NCBI GenBank assembly: GCA_043817235.1
Contig: JBDRHA010000007.1
Coordinates: 73,212-137,211 of the forward strand
Source: Candidatus Shapirobacteria bacterium
GTDB lineage: Bacteria; Patescibacteriota; Microgenomatia; UBA12405; BS750m-G30
Direction: 5' to 3'
DNA length: 64,000 bases
Below are positions 28,688-36,537 of the stretch, piece by piece (within the stretch, counting starts at the first letter, position 1; each line of letters begins with the position of its first letter). The notes under the pieces were generated by a model. The model did not search any database, had not been told where the DNA came from, and worked only from the letters and a program-made list of their open reading frames with translations. The position numbers were made by a program, and so were the translations under genes.

Positions 28688-30157
28688 TTAATTACGAAAA
28701 CAGATTTTATCTACGTCCAGAATGCCGTCTCCTACAGCCTCAAGACAAAAGGTGTGGGCTATGTCCGAAAAGTTGTAGTGTCTGATTACCTGCCACTGCA
28801 TAGTTGTTGAATAGTTGCTTATAGTATCAATTAATTTTCCGTCCAAGTAAACTTCAGACGTGCCTCGATTTTTGAAAGTGATAGTGTACCAATCAACAGA
28901 TGATCCAGTAAAGGGAAGGCAGGCTTTGGACCCGGCTGTATTGGTAAACCGCCAACTGCCTCCGCTGGCCTGATCCAGAGTACCCAACAGCCAGTTGCCG
29001 CTAAAATCTACTTGTTCAGCCGTATTTTCGTAACAAACTTCGGCACTGACATCGTCGGTCGGAGTGGGTGTTGCGGTTGGTATGGAAGTAGGCGTAGGTG
29101 TAACAATTACAGAATCAGCTAGGCAAAATTTGTCTACATCAACATAGCCATTTCCAACCACTTCCACACAAAAAATATGGCTGGCTTGGCTAAAAGAATA
29201 ATGCTTGAGCACCTGCCACTGCATGGCCGGCGAATAATTATTAACTGTGTCTATAAGCTGACTGTCAAGATAAACTTTGGCTGTACCCCGGTTTTTGTAA
29301 GCGACGGTGTACCAGTCAAGCCAAGAGCCGCTGAAATTCACACAAGACCGGTTTCCGGTTTGGTTGGTAAAACGCCAACTGCCGTTACTGGCATTTTCGT
29401 GTGTTCCTGTAAACCAATTGCCGTCCCAAGTAATTTGAACATCATTGTCTTCATAGCAGGAGGCTGTATTGGGATTGGGAGTAGGAGTAGGTGTCAGGCA
29501 ATCCAAACAATTGTTTACTATTTTGACTGTTGCCTCAAAGCTCAGGGCAATTCTTTTATATCCGGAAGCATTGGGGTGTAAAGCATCGCCAAACAGGATC
29601 GGGTTGCCGCCTTTAGCGTAATCGCCGGCGTCCAAAAGCAGTCCGGCCCAGGGATTTTGGGTGTAGTAATCTTCGCGCGCGATATTTAACCGCAGTTCAT
29701 CCACTAGAGGTTTCATGCACAGCGTGTCGCATTTTGGATCGCCCAAATTGGGAGTAACAGCGCTGAGGATTACTTTTGCGCCATACGCTTTAGCTTTATT
29801 AACAATATTCTGGATTTCTTGGCGCACGGCCGCTGGTTTTTGATTTTTACGCATATCATTAACGCCAAGCATGATGATAACAATATCCGGTTTATCTTGA
29901 GCCAGCCAAGCATCTGTGTTAGCTAGGACTTGGTCAGCTGTCCACCCTGATTGACCGCGATTAATTACTTTGTAGCTGGAGCCAAGTAATGACTGGAGTT
30001 GGCTGGGGTAAGATTTATTGGCTGGCGCTCCAGCACCGTAAGTAATGCTATCGCCTAAGCAGGCAATAACAGTTTGATTGATAGCCAAAACAGGTGTTTT
30101 TTGCCAAAATAAAAATACCAGCAAGCCCAATGTAATATGTTTTAAGAATTTAATCAT
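28688..30157 (-). CDS. Secreted SGNH/GDSL hydrolase with two tandem ~130-aa beta-sandwich (CBM-like) repeats separated by PT-rich linkers
   Basis: A signal peptide and the GDSL blocks are present (ACLGDSITYG, MLGVNDM, GDALHPN). The ~130-aa repeat, SCYEDND..WRFTNQTG..DWYTVAYKNRGTAKVYLD and AEVCYENTAE..WRFTNTAG..DWYTITFKNRGTSEVYLD, occurs twice. Confidence 0.75.
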   Translation of the reverse strand: MIKFLKHITLGLLVFLFWQKTPVLAINQTVIACLGDSITYGAGAPANKSYPSQLQSLLGSSYKVINRGQSGWTADQVLANTDAWLAQDKPDIVIIMLGVNDMRKNQKPAAVRQEIQNIVNKAKAYGAKVILSAVTPNLGDPKCDTLCMKPLVDELRLNIAREDYYTQNPWAGLLLDAGDYAKGGNPILFGDALHPNASGYKRIALSFEATVKIVNNCLDCLTPTPTPNPNTASCYEDNDVQITWDGNWFTGTHENASNGSWRFTNQTGNRSCVNFSGSWLDWYTVAYKNRGTAKVYLDSQLIDTVNNYSPAMQWQVLKHYSFSQASHIFCVEVVGNGYVDVDKFCLADSVIVTPTPTSIPTATPTPTDDVSAEVCYENTAEQVDFSGNWLLGTLDQASGGSWRFTNTAGSKACLPFTGSSVDWYTITFKNRGTSEVYLDGKLIDTISNYSTTMQWQVIRHYNFSDIAHTFCLEAVGDGILDVDKICFRN

Positions 30158-30219
30158 AACTTATAGAGATTTTATCAAGATCTGGATAATTTGTCTATAA
30201 ATAGAAATTATTGCCAAGT

Positions 30220-30250
30220 TCTTTAGATTTGTATTTTCTTGGTATAATTA
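30220..30250 (+). promoter_or_regulatory. Putative sigma70-like promoter for tRNA-Pro (-10 TATAAT at about 30243-30248)
   Basis: A perfect TATAAT lies 9 nt upstream of the tRNA 5' end, with a TTG-containing -35-like segment upstream. Confidence 0.4.
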
Positions 30251-30257
30251 ATTACAC

Positions 30258-30335
30258 CGGAGCGTAGCGCAGTTGGATTAACGCGCCCCGATCGGGTCGG
30301 GGAGATCGCGGGTTCGAGTCCCGCCGCTCCGACCA
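30258..30335 (+). tRNA. tRNA-Pro (anticodon CGG), genomically encoded CCA
   Basis: Manual cloverleaf folding gives an acceptor stem CGGAGCG/CGCTCCG, an anticodon stem CCCCG/CGGGG with loop AUCGGGU (U33, anticodon CGG, G37), a T-arm GCGGG-TTCGAGT-CCCGC, and a 3' ACCA. Confidence 0.8.
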
Positions 30336-30588
30336 TACAGGACAAAGCCCTTGTCCATAAAGTCTTTGAAGGGTTGATTTAGCTGATATGAAGCCACTTT
30401 CTTATCTTTCAGAGTAAAGTTCAAGAAGATTTTGGAGATAATCTCATCCTTACCTTGCATAGGCTTTGTTTTCCTCAAGACATCGGGCAATTGTTTGAAA
30501 AGTTCGACAAACTCAGAATACTTGTAAATAAAGGTCTCGTTAGCTTTGAGAGCCTGTTTAATCTTAGTAATTTTATCTTCAATATCTT

Positions 30589-32025
30589 TTAATTCCTTGT
30601 CCTTGGCCATAAGGTCTTTCTTAAAGATAGTCCTAAACTCCGATTCTTTCTCCTCTCCTCAAGTATTATGTTTTTAATATCTTTAATTCTTTTGTCAACG
30701 CCTCTTTTTTGCGCCTGTAGAGAGCGCAAGAGACTATCTAACTCCTTTTTCTTTTCTCTACCAACCTTCTTCATTTCTTTGACATAATGGTCGTAAATAT
30801 CCTTTGAAGCGAAATTGAATTTATCCAAAAAGTCATAAACAAAATCTAAAACAACTCTAGCCCTGACATTATGCTTAACCTTCCTGCCTGATTTTTGCTT
30901 GATTGGCTTGCACCCTTCCATGTCACATCTGTAAAAGTAATACCACTTTTTGTCATCTTTAGTTTTCTTTGAGGTTAAGCCTGAGCTCATGGGTTGGCCA
31001 CAATGTCCACAAATAACTTTACCCCTGAGAAAATCTGCTTTTGTAGCACCTAATCTTGTCCCCCTAATCTTTGACTTAAAGACTTTGGTTATGTCACTTA
31101 ATTTGTTGACACTTAAAAACTCTTCAACAGTAACTATCGGAACATAGTCGTAGACCTCAACAAGGTTAGCGACATGCTTGCCTTGGCCATACTGCATAAC
31201 ACCAGCATAGAAAGTATCCTTGAACATCTCTGATAGCCTTTTAACATTCATTTCAAATGGCTTGTGTGTAATCTTGCCTATACCATAAGCTCTGTGATAA
31301 TTCTGGTCTGTTAAATACTCTGAAATCTCGGCAAGAGTCTTGTTTTCAAGGCGCATTAACCAAGCCTTCTTGATTAAATGGAAGTTATTACCATCTGGTC
31401 TTAGTAGTTGGTTTCTGTCTCGATAGTACCCATGCTTGGCGGTAGTAAGCCACTTACCTTCTTCAATACTTCTTCTAATGCCTCTAGTGACAACATCGCT
31501 AAGCTGGTCTGAGTATTGTTTAGAAAGGACAAAAGCAATCCCTAGCAACATCTTGCCAGAGGCATTGTTATCAAAAGTAAAATTGACAAATTGAAGGTCT
31601 TTGATAATTCCCTTATCAAGTAGGTCGATAATTTCGCCAGCATCTCGCATGTTGCGACTAAGACGGTCTGGGTGCCAACAAATAACACCATCAAACTTAC
31701 CACCATTAAGGTCATCAATCATTTTTCTGAACCGAGGTCTTATGTTTGGTTCTTTGGCGCTTTCGCTTTCTCTAATTGGCCTGCCGACTACGGTTAGGTT
31801 CCGATTCTCAGCCATCTGTTCACAATCGGCTATCTGGTCTCCAAGGCTCCGAATCTGCCTTTCCTCACTTTCAGTGCTTTTTCTGGCATAGATAACATAA
31901 CGGAATTGAGTAGGGTCTTTAACCTCGCTCTCACCTCTAATGCTTTTAAGAAGATTGGCAAGGTCTGCTGGTGTATGAGCAGGTTTATCATTCATGTTCG
32001 TAATTCTCTTAATTCTCATGCTCAA
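30589..32025 (-). CDS. Large serine recombinase (phage-integrase type)
   Basis: The resolvase catalytic domain has the YARKSTESEERQ serine motif. A recombinase domain and a zinc-ribbon (CGHCGQPMSS...YYFYRCDMEGC) follow, with a C-terminal coiled coil. The protein may continue in another frame (see findings). Confidence 0.85.
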   Translation of the reverse strand: MSMRIKRITNMNDKPAHTPADLANLLKSIRGESEVKDPTQFRYVIYARKSTESEERQIRSLGDQIADCEQMAENRNLTVVGRPIRESESAKEPNIRPRFRKMIDDLNGGKFDGVICWHPDRLSRNMRDAGEIIDLLDKGIIKDLQFVNFTFDNNASGKMLLGIAFVLSKQYSDQLSDVVTRGIRRSIEEGKWLTTAKHGYYRDRNQLLRPDGNNFHLIKKAWLMRLENKTLAEISEYLTDQNYHRAYGIGKITHKPFEMNVKRLSEMFKDTFYAGVMQYGQGKHVANLVEVYDYVPIVTVEEFLSVNKLSDITKVFKSKIRGTRLGATKADFLRGKVICGHCGQPMSSGLTSKKTKDDKKWYYFYRCDMEGCKPIKQKSGRKVKHNVRARVVLDFVYDFLDKFNFASKDIYDHYVKEMKKVGREKKKELDSLLRSLQAQKRGVDKRIKDIKNIILEERRKNRSLGLSLRKTLWPRTRN

Positions 32026-32313
32026 AAAAACAAAAGAGCTTAGTATCAGTATAACTCAAAAACTACTTGATGAACAAAGCCAACAACGCTAACCGATAGT
32101 AATCCTATAATGGTTGACTAAAATGATGTTATTTGATATATTACTAGGGTAAATTGGCCTTACTCAGTAAAGCTTAATTGTTCTTTAACATATCCCTATA
32201 GCAGAGAGAATTGTGTGTATTGACAGCCCACTAAATGCTGTGGAGCAACAGTCTATACTCACTGACTCTTTGTTATTTTTCGGTTCAATCCAAAACCACA
32301 CAGGAGGTGTGAA

Positions 32314-32562
32314 ATGGAAGGTCAAGTAATGCTTGATGCCGTGTCTGTCACTGTTGGAGTTGTTACTCTTGTGTTGATTCTGGCCCATATGTTCACCAAG
32401 AACAAAAACAATACCCTCGCGACGATGAAGGTGGTTTTTATGGTGGTAATGGCCATTCTCAACGTACTCGATGCAGACATTTTCTTCACAGTCCTCTGGA
32501 CAATTCTGGCTTGTCTCAATATCGTGTTGATTGCCATACGCATCAACACCAAAAGCCAGTAG
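32314..32562 (+). CDS. Small two-TM membrane protein (hypothetical)
   Basis: A strong SD (ACAGGAGGTG) lies 6 nt before the ATG, and the product has two hydrophobic helices. This + ORF is preferred over the overlapping minus-strand ORF 32185..32652, which has no RBS and is Cys/His-rich with low complexity. Confidence 0.45.
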   Translation: MEGQVMLDAVSVTVGVVTLVLILAHMFTKNKNNTLATMKVVFMVVMAILNVLDADIFFTVLWTILACLNIVLIAIRINTKSQ

Positions 32563-32955
32563 GCCGAACAGTAACACAAAGGAGCAAGGAGTAGGTTCAC
32601 ACCTACACGATACACTTAACTGTATATCGTCATCACTTGCTCCATTTTTCATACAAAAAATTAGAAAATAAAGAATTGAAGAAAAGTGTCATAATATGCG
32701 GGTAGAAAATTGACACAGACTCTTGCTTCAAAAGAGTACCTCTAAGAGTTCTTAACCTTAAATACAGCAAAACTAAAAGAGTTAGACAGGATTTAGCAAA
32801 ATTGACCCTCTCAAAGCACATCCCAACATATGAAAATGCCTCATATGATGAGGGAAATTCAAAGACAGTTAACGTGGTTCAACTACATAAAAATCTAAAC
32901 CCTGGCATACCCCCATACTATGGTTCGATGACTTTTAGGCTAATACAAAAGAAGG

Positions 32956-33312
32956 CTATTTTTTGATTACTTTGAGCTTGGGTGAAACATACTCAACTTG
33001 TTCTTCAACAACAATCTGCACATACTCATCACCAGATTCTCTAATAACTTTGATTTTTGATTTAGGTGGCTTATCAACTCTAGACATATTAATACCACTC
33101 AAGCTTTTTTGTACCTGAGACAAAGTAACCTTGGTTCCATCTGGAAGCAAAACTTCATAATCAGACATATTGGGTGGCACATCAGGAGCTACAATCTTGG
33201 GTGTTTTAGGCTCTGAAACGCTCCCAGAAGGCTTCTGAGCTGGTTTGGCAGTCTCTGGCTTTATCTCATCCACTAAGTCGGTTAAGTTGTCTTTTTTGAC
33301 TTTCTGGTTCAT
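32956..33312 (-). CDS. Hypothetical protein (Pro/Lys-rich N-terminus)
   Basis: A 118-aa ORF with no recognisable domain. Confidence 0.35.
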   Translation of the reverse strand: MNQKVKKDNLTDLVDEIKPETAKPAQKPSGSVSEPKTPKIVAPDVPPNMSDYEVLLPDGTKVTLSQVQKSLSGINMSRVDKPPKSKIKVIRESGDEYVQIVVEEQVEYVSPKLKVIKK

Positions 33313-33501
33313 ATATCAAGTATAGCTTTTGGGAGTTCAAAATCAAAGCACAACCTGATTGTAAAAAGGCTTAACTGGTATTCTCTGGATATGCTGATAG
33401 GTAGCCTTTAATCTCTGGTTGTATTTGGTTAACTCATCTAGTTGATTTATAATACTGTCATAAAGTTCAAGATAAGTTTCTGAACGTCGACACAAAGTCG
33501 C

Positions 33502-35727
33502 GTGTTTTTTACTGTTTTGACCAGTCTAAACACTAAGAAAATGGACAACGAATCAACACCTATTTCTCCCAGGGAAACTGAAAAACAGTCACGGTTCAAA
33601 TTTGCTCTTAGGAGCTTGCGAAGAAGCTCAGCAAGAGATATTGGAATTTATGATACTGTATCTAATTTAAGAGATATAAAAGAAAATATAGATCGTTTAA
33701 CAAAAGAGGAGCGGGAGGCGGCCAGAATAGCACTTAAAAAAATTCTTATTATTCTGCCGCCATGGCGGAGAGGTGCGAATTTTGTTGTTCAAAACCTTGA
33801 AAATGTAGCTTATACTCCAGAGGAACAAACGAACTTGGTCCAACTAAGACAAGAAGCGCTAGCAAGGCAGGCCCAAGTCGAGCAAGAAATAGCAGAAGGG
33901 GCTTCCCCTTGGTTGGCTAGGGTGAAACATAATGAACAAAATGCCCAAAATCCAGTTGCGGTTGGGTTTTACCAAATGCCAGATGGTCAAATAAGAACTA
34001 TTTTTGGCCGGCGATATTTTCAGTCTAAAAGACAAATAGAAACCAAGGACTTGTTTTTTGGCGGACGGAGTGAGGGCAAGGAAGTAGGCCTGCTTTCTAC
34101 AAAATTTCAAGCTGTAGTTGAGCAAGAACTTATAAAAAGTAAACTTTTTGATTTATTGCCCGAGGATTTAAGAGAACGATTCGGGAGAGGAGAAATTTTA
34201 ATAACTGGGAAACAAGACCTCTACGATTTAAGCGAAACTGAAATTGAAAGTTTAGCTGCAAGCACAGACATTGATGCTCTTGCTAAACATATTGAAAAGA
34301 AAATTGCCAGTGCCGGAAAAGAGGGACAATATTACCTGCTTTTTCAAAATGAATATCTCGATGATGAAACTGGTCGGACTGGAGTTTTGATGATTATTAA
34401 AAACGGAAAGGCAGAACCCGTGATCATTATAGTGGGAGATAAACAGTTTGTGGTTGAGATAAAGGGTTGTGGGAAAAAGGGTGGTGGATTTGGCCGAATG
34501 CACCACCGCACCGGAAGAGATATTATTACTGGTGGTGCAGAAAGAGAACAAGCGATAAATGAATTTGACCGACTATCTGAGATGACAGACGAAGATGCGC
34601 CAAAAGCTGTTGCGAGTATTCTTTTTGATAATCACGGCTATCAGCAGGGATATATATTGAGACTAACGCCTTCAACCGTTAGGGCTTCCTACTCAGGTAA
34701 CGAGGTTTATCCTGCCATAGATAGCCATGAACAAGTTTCTAGAGTATTAGATATTTATGCACAGGAATTGGCTCGACAGGTTTTCGCATCAAATCCGAAA
34801 ATTTTAGATCGTTCATCACACTCGGAAAATATTTTACTTTGGGGAGACGGAAAGCATACTTTTACTGATTTTTCCGATCATGTTGCGTTTTCTGATAATC
34901 ACTTTCCTCACGAAGAAAGCCATGGGGGCTATATGACACCACGGCAAATGCTTGAATATTATGTAAAAATGGTAGAGGAAATTCCCGGGTACAATGCTGA
35001 AAGAGATAAAAAGGTATTCCTCGAAGCATTGGGAAAAGCATTTGCCGCAGAAGGCTGCGATGTTTCTCTTGATGAAGCAGAGGGATATGTCGATATAACA
35101 AAAAGATTGTGGGAGGGCGGAATAGCTTATCAAGTTTTCTCTGCAAAGCGAACGAACAATTATAGAGCAGATGGTGTTGTGGAGGAGTTTAGAGAATCTG
35201 TTACTACCGATGAATATCATCAAAGAGAATTGTCTTTAGCGTCTGAACAAGCATTTGTTGAAAAATACGAAAATGGATTTCAAAAAATGCTCACAGCGCT
35301 TGATATTCTTCAAAGAGTTAGTGCTCCTGAAGTAGCAGATATTCGTGGATTGGCAGAAAATAGAGACTTGTCGGGATTGTTAAAAAATCTTGATAGGCTT
35401 TTTACCATGCTTGGCGAGAGCAAAGAAAATCTCAGTAAAAGCGAAAGAAGCAGCATATATCAAGCAATATTTTATTTTTCTGGTTTAGAATATACTTTGG
35501 CAAGAACAGTGAGGCGATATTTAGAGCATGAGCATGATGTTGTCTCTTCTGCACGAAATTCCGCTCCAGCAAGTGATAAAATAGCCTTAGCCAAAGCAAG
35601 AAACGAAATTGATGGCAAGAAGCAAGAACTTGAGACAATTTTAAACAATCCAAACGAATTGTTCGATAAGTTCACTGATATAAGTTGGGTTCAGAGATTT
35701 ATATCATTAAGTTTTTATCAAAACTGA
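33502..35727 (+). CDS. Large hypothetical protein (741 aa) with a glycine-rich loop GCGKKGGGFG ... HHRTGRDIITGG; no family assignable by eye
   Basis: A long uninterrupted ORF in the tRNA/recombinase island. It has an N-terminal coiled-coil region and a central segment (..IIIVGDKQFVVEIKGCGKKGGGFGRMHHRTGRDIITGG..) reminiscent of a nucleotide-binding P-loop or kinase G-loop. An alternative start is at 33541 (MDNEST). Confidence 0.5.
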   Translation: MFFTVLTSLNTKKMDNESTPISPRETEKQSRFKFALRSLRRSSARDIGIYDTVSNLRDIKENIDRLTKEEREAARIALKKILIILPPWRRGANFVVQNLENVAYTPEEQTNLVQLRQEALARQAQVEQEIAEGASPWLARVKHNEQNAQNPVAVGFYQMPDGQIRTIFGRRYFQSKRQIETKDLFFGGRSEGKEVGLLSTKFQAVVEQELIKSKLFDLLPEDLRERFGRGEILITGKQDLYDLSETEIESLAASTDIDALAKHIEKKIASAGKEGQYYLLFQNEYLDDETGRTGVLMIIKNGKAEPVIIIVGDKQFVVEIKGCGKKGGGFGRMHHRTGRDIITGGAEREQAINEFDRLSEMTDEDAPKAVASILFDNHGYQQGYILRLTPSTVRASYSGNEVYPAIDSHEQVSRVLDIYAQELARQVFASNPKILDRSSHSENILLWGDGKHTFTDFSDHVAFSDNHFPHEESHGGYMTPRQMLEYYVKMVEEIPGYNAERDKKVFLEALGKAFAAEGCDVSLDEAEGYVDITKRLWEGGIAYQVFSAKRTNNYRADGVVEEFRESVTTDEYHQRELSLASEQAFVEKYENGFQKMLTALDILQRVSAPEVADIRGLAENRDLSGLLKNLDRLFTMLGESKENLSKSERSSIYQAIFYFSGLEYTLARTVRRYLEHEHDVVSSARNSAPASDKIALAKARNEIDGKKQELETILNNPNELFDKFTDISWVQRFISLSFYQN

Positions 35728-35770
35728 TTACTCTAAAAAAACTACTAGATGAAAAAGGAGGTGATTAATT

Positions 35771-36235
35771 ATGATTAACCCAGAAGGTAAAGAACGCCAA
35801 GCTTCAGAATTTGATAATATTTTATCTGGGATTGATAGAAAAAAAGAATTAATAGATAAAGAATTTCAAGAAAGAAGGAAAGCGGCTGATTCTTTAGTTA
35901 GAGTTATGGATGATATCCTTCCAAAAGAAGGATCGTCAGCCATGATGGGCCCATTCAAATTTATTCCGGCTACACTCTTGAAGGAGGGTGTGACGATTGA
36001 AAGATGCACTGGTCTTTATCCTCCCATAGGCGAGAGAGTACTTAATTATGAGGTTCGTTTGGCAACAGGGCGATCAAATAGAGAGGTTTTCATTGTATCT
36101 AGAGTTAATGAAGAGACAACCGTGCCTTTAATTCTTGATGTTGGGCAGGATCAATATGGGCGACCCATGGATAAATTTAGAATCGCTTCAGTAGAAGAGA
36201 CAGAGGGAGTTAGAGAAATAGTCAGTAAGCTGTGA
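35771..36235 (+). CDS. Hypothetical protein (154 aa), likely co-transcribed with the 741-aa gene
   Basis: A perfect SD (AAAGGAGGTGATTAATT) precedes the ATG, and the gene starts 43 nt after the upstream stop. Confidence 0.5.
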   Translation: MINPEGKERQASEFDNILSGIDRKKELIDKEFQERRKAADSLVRVMDDILPKEGSSAMMGPFKFIPATLLKEGVTIERCTGLYPPIGERVLNYEVRLATGRSNREVFIVSRVNEETTVPLILDVGQDQYGRPMDKFRIASVEETEGVREIVSKL

Positions 36236-36537
36236 AGGGCCGACTTTTTGAGAGTATTCGCCAAGCTGTTTCCCAGATTCCTCAAGGCAAAGTGGCAACA
36301 TATGGGCAAGTGGCTCGGTCGGTGGGAACGAAAGATGCGCGAAAAGTTGGCTGGGCAGTTTACGGCAACAAAGACCCGGAAATTCCCTGCCACCGGGTAG
36401 TAAAAAAAGGCGGCTATTTAGCGGAAAACTTTTCCGCTGGCGGGTGGAAAGAGCAAAAAAGAAGATTAAAAAAAGAAGGGGTAAAATTTAAAAAAAATAA
36501 TCAAGTTAATTTAGATCTTTGCTCTTGGGAAATTTAA
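36232..36537 (+). CDS. MGMT-family protein (O6-alkylguanine-DNA alkyltransferase DNA-binding domain only)
   Basis: A helix-turn-helix (VATYGQVARSVG) and an intact PCHRVV active-site motif are present. At 101 aa it consists of a single domain. It uses a GTG start overlapping the upstream stop. Confidence 0.7.
   Translation: MKGRLFESIRQAVSQIPQGKVATYGQVARSVGTKDARKVGWAVYGNKDPEIPCHRVVKKGGYLAENFSAGGWKEQKRRLKKEGVKFKKNNQVNLDLCSWEI

Noticed and set aside
29177-29581. Antisense ORFs inside long genes (e.g. 29177..29581, 4024..4206, 821..1024, 60070..60396)
   Set aside because: These are embedded opposite well-supported conserved CDSs and have no independent signals, so they are typical six-frame noise.
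30158-30257. Direct repeat of the tRNA-Pro 3' end marking the far end of the island
   Set aside because: No second copy of GGTTCGAGTCCCGCCGCTCCGACCA was found between 30336 and 37000. Serine integrases need only a 2-bp crossover, so the right boundary cannot be set from the sequence alone.
32185-32652. 155-aa minus-strand ORF (Cys/His-rich)
   Set aside because: It overlaps a + strand ORF that has a near-perfect SD and a sensible two-TM product. The minus ORF has no RBS and a low-complexity composition, so it is judged spurious.
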